Origin: Malacoraja senta | Taxonomy: Eukaryota | NCBI GenBank assembly: GCA_038087875.1 | Contig: CM075993.1 | Location: 6,760,001 to 6,824,000 of the forward strand | Length of the DNA: 64,000 bases | Direction of reading: 5' to 3' | Shown: positions 50,173 to 62,070 of the stretch, piece by piece | How positions within the stretch are numbered: the stretch's first letter is position 1 | Layout: every line of letters starts with the position of its first letter | Program-made: the position numbers and the translations under genes | The notes under the pieces: model-generated | Seen by the model: the letters and a program-made list of their open reading frames with translations, nothing else | The model's database searches: none | Told to the model about the DNA's origin: nothing

Positions 50173-50785
50173 TAAGGAAAGCAAACTCAATGCTAGCATT
50201 TATTTCAAGAGGAGTTGTGCACAAAAACAGGGATGTAATGCTGAGGCTCTATAAGGCGCTGGTAAGGCTGCATTTGGAATATTGTGAGCAATTTTGGGCA
50301 CTGTATCTGAGGAAGGATGTTATGGCTCCGGAGAAGGTCCAGAGGAGGTTAACCTATGTTGAGAGTTTGTCGGCACTGGGCCTGTACTTGCTGGAGTTCA
50401 GAAGAATGAGGGGGGACCTCATTGAAACATACAGAATAGTGAAAGGCTTGGATAGAGTGGATGTGGAGAGGATGTTTCCACTAGTGGGAGAGTCTAGGAC
50501 TAGAGGTCATAGCCTCAGAATTAAAGGACGTTCTTGTCGGAAGGAGATGAGGAGAAATGTCTTGTGGAATTAATTGCCACAGAAGGCTGTGGAGGCCAAG
50601 TCAGTGGATATTTTGAAGGCAGAAATAGATAGATTTTTGATTAGTGCGGGTGTCAGGGGTTATGGGGAGAAGGCAGGAGAATGGGGTTTCGAGGGAGAGG
50701 TAGATCAGCCAGGATTGAATGGCGGAGTAGGCTTGATGGGCCCACTGGCCTAATTCTACTCCTGTCACTTATGACCTTATGAAGA
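50172..50785 (+). mobile_element. CR1 LINE 3' fragment
   Basis: RKANSMLAFISRG...LYKALVRLHLEYCEQFW...GDLIETYRIVKGLDRVD. Confidence 0.9.
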
Positions 50786-51307
50786 CCTTAGCTTGGAGAT
50801 GCAGCGTGGAAACAGGCCCTTCGGCCCACCGAGTCCATGCTGACCATCGATCACCCGTACACAGTAGTTCTATATCTTACACACGGGGTTGCAATTTACA
50901 GAAGGCAATTAACCTACAAATATAGTTGTAGGAAGGAAGTGCAGATGCTGGTTTACACCGAACATGGACACAAAAAGCGGAACAGGCAGCATCTCTGGAT
51001 TAACCAACAACCAAAATTAAGGGGACCCTTCTTCGGACGTCATAGGCATTCTGACAAAGAATCTCCGACCTGTCTAAGAAGTCACCAAATGTCACCTATT
51101 CATATTCTCCAGCGATGCTGCCTGACCCGCTGAGTTACTCCAGCACTTTATGTCTATTTTCTCTGACCTGAAACATTGACTTTGTTTCTCTTCCCACTGA
51201 TGCAGCCTGACCTGCCGAGCAGTTCCAGCATTTTTAATATTTGTTTTGGATTTCCAGCATTTGAAGTTTGGATATTTTTCTCACAAATCGGGAAGTTTTA
51301 TTTTGTT

Positions 51308-52025
51308 TAGGAAGGAACTGCGGACGGTGGTTTAAACCGGAGGGAGGCACAAAATGCTGGAGTAATTCAGCGGGACAGGCAGCATCTCTGGAGAGAAGGA
51401 ATGGGTGACGTTTCGGGTCGACCTGAAAGTCATAGGAAAGGGAAACGAGAGATATAGACGATGATGTTGATAGAAACGAACAGATGAATGAAAGATATGC
51501 AAAAAAGTAACAATGAGAAAGGAAACAGGCCATTGTTAGCTGTTTTCTAGGTAAGAACAAAAAGCTGGTGTGACTTGGGGTGGGGAAGGGATGGAGAGAG
51601 AGGGAATGCAGGGGTTACTTGAAGTTAGAGAAATCAAGAGTCAAACCACTGGGTTGTAAGCTGCCCAAGCGAAATATGAGGTGCTGATCCTCCAGTTTGC
51701 GTTTGGCCTCACTCTGACAATGGAGGAGGCCAAGGACAGAAAGATCGGTGTGGGAATGGGAAGGAGAATTAAAGTGTTTAGCAACCGGGAGATCAGGTAG
51801 GTCCAGGCGGACTGAGCGAAGGTTTTCAGTGAAACGATCGCCTGGTCTACGTTTGGTCTTGCCGATGTATAAGAGTCCACATCTTGAACAAAGGATACAG
51901 TAGATGAGGTTGGAGGAGGTGCAAGCGAGCCTCTGCCTAACCTAAAAGGACTGTCGGGGTCCCTGGTCGGAGTCGAGGGGGGAGGTATAGGGACAGTTGT
52001 TGCATCTCCTGCGGTTGCAGGGGAA
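51308..52025 (-). mobile_element. Penelope-like element with GIY-YIG endonuclease fragment and pLTR
   Basis: Minus-strand translation NLIYCILCSRCGLLYIGKTKRRPGDRF...PVAKHFNSPSH...HLIFRLGSLQPSG. Confidence 0.9.
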
Positions 52026-52551
52026 GGATTTTTATTTGCCCAGTCATGGTCTGTGGGCAGAGGCAGAACCGATCAGTAACGCATGGGTTTTAAACACAGC
52101 TGTTATTGGTAGGAAGGAACTGCAGATGCTGGTTTACAACGAAGATAGACACTGGTGTAGCCCAGCGGGACAGGCAGCATCTCTGGAGAGAAGGAATGGG
52201 TGACGTTTCAGGTCGAGACCCTTCCTCAGTCAGTCGGCAGCTGTTATTGCCGTTGCTTCTACGGAGAATATTTAATGCTCCCACACGGCGGGGGAGGGGG
52301 TAACGCTGCACCTCACGGACGATCTCAACACAGCGAGAGAGACAAGAATCCCAATGATGAGAGTTAAGAGTCACACTTTCCACAACAGGAAGTTGCCATT
52401 GCTTAGCGTCAGCTGTGTCTTTGAGTCAGAAGGTCTTGGGAGCTGGACATGAAACTGCACACCAACGCTCCACAAACATGTGACTGCTGACCTCCAGAGG
52501 ACCCCCATGCTTGCAATTGTATTCATCCACATCATCTCAAAATGAAAATAG

Positions 52552-53215
52552 TCTATGTATATGTGTATATATATGTGTGTGTATATGTGTGTATCTATAT
52601 ATGTGTGTACATGTATGTATATGTGTGTGTATGTGTAATGTGCACATTATATATATGTGTATATATATATATGTGTGTGGATATGTGTGTGTGTGTGTAT
52701 ATATATATATATGTGTGTGTATGTGTATCTATATATGTGTGTACATAAACTTGTTTGTGGAGCATTGGTGTGCAGTTTTTGTGTATGTAAATGTGTGTGT
52801 ATGTGTAATGGGCACATTATATACGTGTATATGTATATATAATAATAATAATAATACATTTTATTTATATAGCGCTTTTCAGGACTCAAAGTCGCTTTGA
52901 GTCCTGAAATATATGTGTATGTGTATATATGTATGTATATATATGTGTGTGTAATGTGCACATTATATACATGTATGTATATATGTATGTATATATGTAT
53001 GTATATATGTACTTATATATGTGTGTATATATATATATATGCATGATATATATATATATGTGTGTGTGTGTGACTGAAGAAGGGTCTCGACCCGAAACGT
53101 CACCCATTCCTTCTCTCCAGAGATGCTGCCTGTCCCGCTGAGTTACTCCAGCATTTTGTGCGTATGAGTATATACATACGCACATACATACACACACACA
53201 CACATACATGTGTGT
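52552..53215. repeat. Compound (TA)/(TG) microsatellite with an embedded L2-type tail and a pLTR
   Basis: Direct reading. Confidence 0.9.
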
Positions 53216-53544
53216 AACACTAATGTACAGTCAAATTAAAAAAAATCATGCCTAACCTAATAAACAATCAATAAAGAGAGTGAGCCTAACCTAAACCATC
53301 CTTTTATTGACCTGACTGGGACCTGTAGATTGCAATGAGTGTTGTGGACATAATGCAGAGGGGCCAGATAGGAAGTGCATCCAGCCCCATAGCTCAGCAA
53401 CTGTTACAGGGTGGTGCTCGGCTCCATGGTCAGGGGTGGGGAGAGTGGTGAGAAGCTCAGTGTGGACGTCCGATACCCATGGATGGATGCACTTGGCAGT
53501 CTCTGGGTATTGTCCAGCCAACTGAATAGCCTGGCCCTTGGTGT

Positions 53545-53826
53545 CATCTGTCTGTCTCTCTGTCTGTCTGTGTGTCTGCCTGTGTGTCTGTCTGTCTCTG
53601 TGTATGTGTCTGTCTCTGTGTGTCTGTCTGACTGTCTGTTTTTGTGTGTTTGTCTGTATGTGTGTCTGTCCCTGTGTGTGTGTTTGGCTGTATGTGTGTA
53701 TATGTCTGTCTCATTGTGTCTGACTGTCTGTCTCTGTGTGTTTGTCTGTATGTGTCTGTCTGACTGTCTGTTTGTGTGTGTGTGTGTGTGTCTGTCTGTC
53801 CCTGTCCCTGTGTCTGTCTGTCTGTC

Positions 53827-53862
<36 letters not shown>

Positions 53863-54015
53863 TGTTCCTATGTGTCTAACTGACCCTGTGTATGTCTGGC
53901 TGTCTCTGTGTGTGTCTGTCTCCCCTCTGTGTCTGCCTCCCCCTCTGTCTCTCTCTCTCTCCCCCCCCTCCCCCCCCCTCTGTGTCTGTTTGTCCCCCTG
54001 CTGTGTCTGTCTCCA
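53545..54015. repeat. Low-complexity (TG)/(TCTG) tract
   Basis: Direct reading. Confidence 0.9.
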
Positions 54016-56878
54016 CTCTGAGCGTGTGGGGAGCCCATCCTGTCCATGGCACTCCACTGAACCCCCTCTTCTCCCCTCTCCCATCAGGCAAAAGGTATAG
54101 AAGTGTGAAAACGCACACCTCCCGATTCAGGGACAGTTTCTTCCCAGCTGTTATCATCCTACCATAACCAGAGAGCAGTGCTGAACCTCATCAGTGACCC
54201 TCGGACTATCTTTGATCAGACTGTACTGGCTTTGCCTTGCACTAAACAATCTTCCCTTATCATGCACATTGCGTATGGCTCGATTGTAATCATGTATTGT
54301 CTTCCCACTGGCTGGTTAGCATGCACCAAAAGCTTTTCACTGTACCTCGGTACACGTGACAATAAACTAAACTGAACTAAGCAGTTGCTAACAAAGTGAA
54401 TTCTTTGAGCTGGAAATTCCCACCTTGATGTGTTTATGTGTCAAACTCCATCTATGACATTTGATTCCATTGACTTCAAGTTCAAAAAATAATAAATTGA
54501 ACACCCCTTGACCACTGGTCACAAACTTTCCAACAGAAAGACGCACTGGTCAACCTGAGGAGCACCTTCAGCAACAGACTGGTTCCACCAAGATGCAGCA
54601 CAGAACGCCACAGGAGATCCTTCTTCCCTGTGGCTGTCAAACTGTACAACTCCTCCCCCTTCTGTTGTGGGGTAGACTGACTCCCCACCCCCCTCCCCAC
54701 CCACATCCCCAATCCTTTCCACTCGTCACTTTAATATCAGGTTCCATGTAGTTTGTGTTTTCTCACAGTTGTCAGATCAATTTCCCTCCTGGGATAAATA
54801 AAGTTTTATTGCATCATGTCGACTAATATAATCCAGTGATCAAAGCTGCGGAATACAGTTTCTTGCATCCCCTGTGAAACTTGCTTTTCCTGTTTTAATT
54901 CAAAGGGGCTGGTGTTGGAAATGTGGTTTCCAACGAATCATTTAAAATTAATCTGATGAAGAACTGGAATTTCTCTTTCCAACAGAAAGATTGGCCTTTT
55001 GTTTCAATTCCTGATTCTAACGGCTCCTATTTGATCTTACGGTAGATCTCAGAACCACAGGTGGAAGCCGGTGTGGTTTTGACTGGTTTCCTTTTTTTTA
55101 GTTTGGTTTAGAGATACAGCGCGGAAACAGGCCCTTCAGCCCACCAGGTCCGTGCCGACCAGCGACCGCCGCGCACTAACACTGTCCGACACACGCTAGG
55201 GACAATTTTACATTTACACCAAGCCAATTAACCTACAAACCTGTACGTCTTTGGAGTGTGGGAGGAAACCGAAGATCTCGGAGATAAACCAATGCAGGTC
55301 ACGTGGAGAACGTACAAACTCCGTACAGACAGCACCCGTAGTCAGGATTGAACCCGGGTCTCCAGCGCTGTGAGGCAGCAACTCTACCACTGCGCCACCG
55401 TGCCGCCCTTGTTTTCTTTATATTTATTTATCTATCTCTTCATCTATTTATTGAGTAACTCAGCAAGTCAGGCAGTATCTCTGGAGAACATGGATTGGTG
55501 ATGTTTCGGGTCAAGACCCTTCGTCAGACTGGGAGAGGCAGGATGAAGAGTGACAGGTAATAGGTAGACGCAGGCAAGGAGGGCAGATTGGAGTTGGTGG
55601 TTCTACCCCCACTTACCCCCCCCCCCCCCCCGGCCTCTGAAGGCTCTCGACCCAAAGCATGTTCTCCATAGATGCTGCCTGACCTGCTGAGTGACTCCAG
55701 CACTTTGTGTCCTTTTGTTCATTAGCCAGCATCTGCAGTTCCTTGTTTCTACAAGGAGAAGAACATTGTATTTCTATGAGTAGCCTGGGACATTCCACTA
55801 GTGACCTCTTCAAATGTCATTGTATTTGCAATAGCAATGTAAGGACTGGGGTTTACGACTCTTGTATTATGGAACAAGGAGGTGCAGAGAAATGAAACTT
55901 TCTCATGGATATGCAAGGCGTAATGCGTTGGAGTAACTCTGTGGGTCAGGCGGCATCTGTGGAGGGAATGGACGGAAAACGTTAGAGGTTGAGCCCCTTC
56001 TTCAGGCTGACAGGCGATGTTTCGGATCGGGACACCTTTTTCAGAATCCAACCTGAAGAAGGTTCCCAACCCAAACGTCACCTGTCCATTGCCTCCACAG
56101 ATGAGTTTCTCCAGACCTTTGTGTTTTGCTTTAGATTCCAGCATCCGCAGTTCCTTGTCTCTTGTGCATATAAACAAGTTCCCTTCATATTTATCAGCTG
56201 TTACTCTGCTCTCAGAGGGCAGTGGAGGCGGGTTCTCTGGATGCTTTCAAGAGAGAGCTAGATAGGGCTCTTAAAAATAGCGGTGTCAGGGGATATGGGG
56301 AGAAGGCAGGAAAGGGGTACTGGTTGGGGATGATCAGCCATGATCACATTGAATGGCGGTCCTAGCTCGAAGGGCCGAATGGCATACTCCTGCACCTATT
56401 GTCTATTGTCTATTACCTTCCCTCCATTGAAATACATTTAAGGTGCACCCTTTGCTGTAATGTACCCTAATTTGAACACATAAAGCACGCACCTGAGATC
56501 AGGCATCAAAAAAAAGTAAAAACAACATATTTTTAGTAAGTGTAAAACCACACACACACCAAAATCCTAGACTTCCAGCGGCGGAAGTCCGCAGGAACTG
56601 GAGGACAGACATGTGTGGTGCGTCCGTCACCGTTCCTGTTGGAAACCAGCACCACTGCGTCGCTAATGTTTTCAACGCTGATGGATGAATGAATGAATGA
56701 AACAAGTCTATGATCTTCAACCTCTTTAATGAGATAAAGGGAATTGGACACAAATGAGGTTCTGAACATTCTAGGAGTAAACCAAAGACTGGTAGAGTTT
56801 ATACATTTGGCAAAGTTAGTATATCAGGGTCTTTTACCTTTTAGTCATTTGTTAAGATTTGAATGCTTGCAGTTAAAC

Positions 56879-57043
56879 TTTGAACATTTCAAAATCCAGC
56901 GGCGACAAAAAAATGTTGCGACACTTGAGGAGACACGTCAATACCTCGTCACGCCTCATCACGCCGCGATTTTTTCGGTGACCTGATACGTCAGTCAATG
57001 ATGCCGACAGTCGCCAAAAAAATAGCAAAGTGGGACAGGTCCT
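56879..57043. mobile_element. Right half of a MITE of the GGGCCTGTCCCAC TIR group
   Basis: AAAGTGGGACAGGTCCT-taa terminus; begins at degenerate palindrome tttgaacatttcaaa. Confidence 0.6.
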
Positions 57044-57650
57044 TAAGGGAACAATTCTACCGCTGCACCACTGTGGCATCTGCTGATAGTTCTATTTGCT
57101 GCTCTTGATTAGTGTAGCCACCAGCTACAACCGCACAACGTGGACTCCCCATTTATACCTCCTCTGTTTTCTGTCTTTTAGCCAGTTCCCGGTCAGTACG
57201 TAACTCCAAATCCCACGTTCTTGATTTTGCTCAATAGCCTCTTGTGCAGCACCTTATTGAGGATCTGCAAATCCTCAACGATGAAAATGTCTTGCCTTTT
57301 GTTCCTTCCTACGCTTGATTCACCATGTTTAAGTTTAGTTTAGTTTAGAGGTATAGCGCAGAAACAGGCCCTTTGGCCCTCCGCGTCCGTGCCGACCAGA
57401 GATCTTTGCGTACATACACTAACCTACACAAACTGGGGCCAATTTACAATGATACCAAGCCAATTAGCCTACAAACCTTTGGAGTGTGTTACGAGTCTTT
57501 GGAGTGTGGGCGGAAACCGGAGCATCCGGAGAAAAGCCAAGGCAGGTCACGGGGAGAACGTGCAAACTCTGTACAGACAGCACCAGAGGTCTTGATGGAA
57601 CCCAGGTCTCTGGTTAAGGGGCAGACTTTTGGCCAACTGATAGATCCTTG

Positions 57651-58690
57651 CAACTTTATTTATTTATATAGCACATTTCATACACGAGGCAGACTCACAA
57701 AGTGCTTCACATAAAAACATGTCATACAATAAAATGAAATCATAAAATGAAATAAAATAGAAGAATTAAAAGAAAAGAAAAGCAAAGTTAAAAATGTATT
57801 ATAGAAAAGTGCAAAAGTTAAAAGTGCAATGTAGTTAAGATTTAGCTGAAAGCTAAAGTAAACACAAGTTTTCAGTCTTGTTTTAAAAGTGGTGAATGTA
57901 GGGGCAAGTCTTAAATCTCCAGGAAGTTTATTCCAGCTATTTGTTGCATAGTAACTAAATCCTGCTTTCCCATGTTTTGTATTTACTCTGGGAATCACCA
58001 ACAGATTGGTCTCAGAAGATCTTAGCGGTCTAGAAGGCTTATATAGTGGAAGCATGTCAGTGATAGACTTTGGCCCTAAACCATGTAGTGATTTATAGGT
58101 GAGCAGCAGGATTTTGAAATCAATTCTCTGACATACAGGGAGCCAATGTAAGGATTTAAGAATTGGTGTAATGTGTTCAAATTTTTTGGTCTTTGTTAGA
58201 ACTCTAGCAACAGCGTTCTGAACAAGCTGTAGCTGTCTGACAGTTTTTTTCAGAAGACCTGCAAGGAGACCGTTACAATAATCTAGCCTACTAGTAATAA
58301 AGGCATGTACACGTTTTTCTAAGTCTTGAGCTGACATGAGTCCTCTTAATCTTGCTATGTTTTTGAGGTGATAGTAGGCCGATTTAGTTACTGATTTGAT
58401 GTGACTGTCGAAATGTAAATCTGAATCCATAATAACCCCGAGATTTCTGGCTTTGTTTGAAGTTTTCAGGGACAGAGAGTGAAGGTGTTGGGTTAGCTTA
58501 AGCCTTTCTTTTTTAGCACCAAAAACAATTATCTCCGTTTTGTCCTTATTTAGTTGGAGGAAATTTTAGGCACATCCAGCCTTTGACTTGCTCAATGCTC
58601 TGGCACAGCAGATCTATGGGGCGATAGTCATTTGGTGATAGCGCTACATAGATTTGAGTGCCATCGGCATAGCTTGATGGAACAACACGA
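57651..58690 (-). mobile_element. L2-clade LINE, 5'-truncated, teleost-like
   Basis: SYADGTQIY (YADD motif mutated)...FLQLNKDKTEII...KSAYYHLKNIARLR...VHAFITSRLDYCNGLL...HITPILKSLHWLPVCQRIDFKILLL; 3' end aaatgtgctatataaataaataaagttg. Confidence 0.92.
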
Positions 58691-58822
58691 TGGAAATGTT
58701 GGAATTGGCTGACTCATATTGACCATTGGGAACCAAGAGTAGAAGTCCCAGTGGTTGGAAGCTCGTTCGTTCGGCGTTGTTGCAATCCGACTGATTTATG
58801 GGAGAAAAATGTCTCTCCGCAG

Positions 58823-58944
58823 GTATTGTCATCACTAAAGAACCCGAGTGTGCCTCTGTCCCGGCTGGCTGTCCTGTCACTCTTCAATGCTCTGCCATAG
58901 GGCCCACTGCACTACAGTACCAATGGTTTGAAGGCAAGGAGGAG
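58823..58944 (+). CDS. MALT1-family paracaspase exon encoding the N-terminal half of Ig domain 1 (GIVITKEPECASVPAGCPVTLQCSAIGPTALQYQWFEGKEE); probably the PCASP2/malt2-type paralog
   Basis: Acceptor tctctccgcag|G, donor GAG|GTAAGC, 122 nt, phase 1-0. Aligns without gaps to recalled human MALT1 GIKITVNPESKAVLAGQFVKLCCRATGHPFVQYQWFKMNKE. Head-to-head with an ALPK gene. Not in the supplied ORF track. Confidence 0.85.
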
Positions 58945-58956
58945 GTAAGCAATGTT

Positions 58957-59294
58957 ATTTTTGGTCTCCTAATTTGAGGAAGGACATCCTTGTGATTGAG
59001 GCAGTGCAGCGTAGGTTCACGAGATTGATCCCTGGGATGGCGGGACTGTCATATGAGGAAAGATTGAAAAGACTAGGCTTGTATTCACTGGAGTTTAGAA
59101 GGATGAGGGGGGGTCTTATAGAAACATATAAAATTATAAAAGGACGGGACAAGCTAGATGCAGGAAAAATGTTCCCAATGTTGGGCGAGTCCAGAACCAG
59201 GGGCCACAGTCTTAGAATAAAGTGGAGGTCATTTAAGACTGAGGTGAGAAAAAACTTTTTCACCCAGAAGTTGTGAATTTATGGAATTCCCTGC
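58957..59294 (+). mobile_element. CR1 3' fragment, left part (continues at about 62071-62290)
   Basis: AVQRRFTRLIPGMAGLSYEERL...; breaks at ggaattccctgc and resumes agagggcagtggaggcc after the nested LINE. Confidence 0.85.
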
Positions 59295-62070
59295 TTCAGG
59301 GGTGATAGAATTGGAGGGGCAAGAGGTGGGGGTGTTGCATTGCTTGTCAAGGAAGATATTACAGCAGTGCTTTGGCAGGATAGATTAGAGGGCTCGTCTA
59401 GGGAGGCTATTTGGGTGGAACTGAGAAATGGGAAAGGTGTAGCAACACTTATAGGGGTGTATTATAGACCGCCAAATGGGGAGCGAGAATTGGAAGAGCA
59501 AATATGTAAGGAGATAGCAGATATTAGTAGTAAGCACAAGGTAGTGATTGTGGGAGATTTCAATTTTCCACACATAGACTGGGAAACACATTCTGTAAAA
59601 GGGCTGGATGGTTTGGAGTTTGTAAAATGTGTGCAAGATAGTTTTTTGCAGCAATACATAGAGGTACCTACTAGAGAAGGGGCAGTGCTGGACCTCCTGT
59701 TAGGAAATGAGACAGGGCAAGTGGCGGAGGTATGCGTCGGGGAGCACTTCGGGTCCAGTGATCACAATACCATTAGTTTCAATATAATTATGGAGAGGGT
59801 CAGAACTGGACCTAGGGTTGAGATTTTTGTTTGGAGAAAGGCTAACTTTGAGGAGATGCGAAAGGATTTAAAAGGAGTGAATTGGGACATGTTGTTTTAT
59901 GGGAAGGATGTAGAAGAAAAATGGAGGACATTTAAGGGTGAAATTTTAAGAGTACAGAATCTTTATGTCCCTGTTCGGTTGAAAGGAAATAGTAAAAAAT
60001 GGAAAGAGCCATGGTTTTCAAGGGAAATTGGACACGGTTCGGAAAAAGAGAGAGATCTACAATAATTATAGGCAGCATGGAGTAAATGAGGTGCTTGAGG
60101 AGTATAAAGAATGTAAAAAGAATATTAAGAAATAAATTAGAAAAGCTAAAAGAAGATATGAGGTTGCTTTGGCAAGTAAGGTGAAAGTAAATCCAAAGGG
60201 TTTCTACAGCTATATTAATAGCAAAAGGATAACAAGGAATAAAATCGGTCCATTAGTCAGAGTGGACAGCTATCTGCAGAGCCAAAAGAGATGGGGGAGA
60301 TATTGAACAATTTCTTTTCTTCGGTATTCACGAAGGAGAAGGATATGGAATTATGTGAGGTAAGGGAAACGAGCAGAGTAGCAATGGAAACTGTGAGATT
60401 CAAAGAAGAGGAGGTGCGGACACTTTTGAAAAATATGAAAACGGATAAGTCTCCAGGTCCTGACAGGATATTCCCTAGGACATTGAGGGAAGTTAGTGTA
60501 GAAATAGCAGGGGCTATGACAGAAATATTTCAAATGTCATTAGAAACGGGAATAGTGCCGGAGGATTGGCGTACTGCGCATGTTGTTCCGTTGTTTAAAA
60601 AGGGTTCGAAGAGTAAACCTAGCAATTATAGACCTGTTAGTTTGACGTCAGTGGTGGGCAAATTAATGGAAAGGATACTTAAAGATAATATATATAAGCA
60701 TCTGGATAAGCAGGGTCTGATTAGGAACAGTCAACATGGATTTGTACCTGGAAGGTCATGCTTGACTAATCTTCTTGAATTTTTCGAAGAGGTTACTAGG
60801 GAAATTGATGAGGGTAAAGCAGTGGATGTTGTCTATATGGACTTCAGTAAGGCCTTTGACAAGGTTCCTCATGGAAGGTTGGTTAAGAAGATTCAATTGT
60901 TGGGTATTAATGGTGGAGTAGCAAGATGGATTCAACAGTGGCTGAATGGGAGATGCCAGAGAGTAATGGTGGATGGCTGTTTGTCAGGTTGGAGGCCGGT
61001 GACTAGTGGGGTGCCTCAGGGGTCTGTGTTGGGTCCACTGTTGTTTGTCATGTACATCAATGATCTGGATGAAGGTGTGGAAAATTGGATTAGTAAGTAT
61101 GCAGATGATACTAAGATAGGTGGTGTTGTGGATAATGAAGTAGATTTTCAAAGTCTACAGAGAGATTTAGGCCATTTGGAAGAGTGGGCTGAAAGATGGC
61201 AGATGGAGTTTAATGCTGACAAATGTGAGGTGCTACATCTCGGCAGGACAAATCAAAATAGGACGTACACGGTAAATGGTAGCGTATTGAGGAATGCAGT
61301 TGAACAGAGGGATCTAGGAATAACTGTGCATAGTTCCCTGAAGGTGGAATCTCATGTAGATAGGGTGGTAAAGAAAGCTTTTGGTGTGCTGGCCTTTATA
61401 AATCAGAGCATTGAATATAGAAGTTGGGATGTAATGTTAAAATTGTACAAGGCATTGGTGAGGCCAATTCTGGAGTATGGAGTACAATTTTGGTCGCCTA
61501 ATTATAGGAAGGATGTCAACAAAATAGAGAGAGTACAGAGGAGATTTACTAGAATGTTGCCTGGGTTTCAGCAACTAAGTTACAGAGAAAGGTTGAACAA
61601 GTTAGGTCTTTATTCTTTGGAGCGCAGAAGGTTAAGAGGGGACTTGATAGAGGTCTTTAAAATTATGAGCGGGTTAGACAGAGTGGACGTGGATAAGCTT
61701 TTCCCATTGAGAGTAGGGAAGATTCAAACAAGGGGACATGACTTGAGAATTAAGGGACAGAAGTTTAGGGGGAACATTAGGGGGAACTTCTTTACTCAGA
61801 GAGGTAGCTGTGTGGAATGAGCTTCCAGTGGAAGTGGTGGAGGCAGGTTCGATGTTATCCTTTAAAAATAGATTGGATGGGTATATGGACGGGAAAGGAA
61901 TGGAGGGTTATGGTCTGAGTGCAGGTAGATGGGACTAGGGGGAAGTATTTTATTTTTAATTTAATTTAAAAAAATAAAATAAAAAATAAAAATTTAAATG
62001 TTCGGCACGGACTTGAAGGGCCCAGATGGCCTGTTTCCGTGCTGTTATGGTTATATGGTTATATGGTTAT
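59295..62070 (+). mobile_element. Young CR1/HER1-type LINE, 5'-truncated ORF2 (APE endonuclease plus RT) with about 3 frameshifts
   Basis: GVYYRPP, IVGDFNFPHIDW, SSDHN (EN); KSPGPD, NYRPVSLTS, QHGF, DFSKAFD, GVPQGSVLGP, YADD (RT, 509-aa ORF 60291-61820); tail (tatggtta)n. Confidence 0.97.

Noticed and set aside
53291..53545. Minus-strand ORF-like segment ending in AATAAA
   Set aside because: Flanked by microsatellites, no acceptor; more likely a retroelement 3' remnant.
54526..54990. 16-bp direct repeat ctttccaacagaaaga around a Rex1 fragment
   Set aside because: The second copy lies about 150 bp beyond the element end, so it is not a clean TSD.
56571..56700. Plus-strand phase-1 frame DFQRRKSAGTGG... 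after tag
   Set aside because: No pyrimidine tract, no donor, ends in a (gaat)n repeat.
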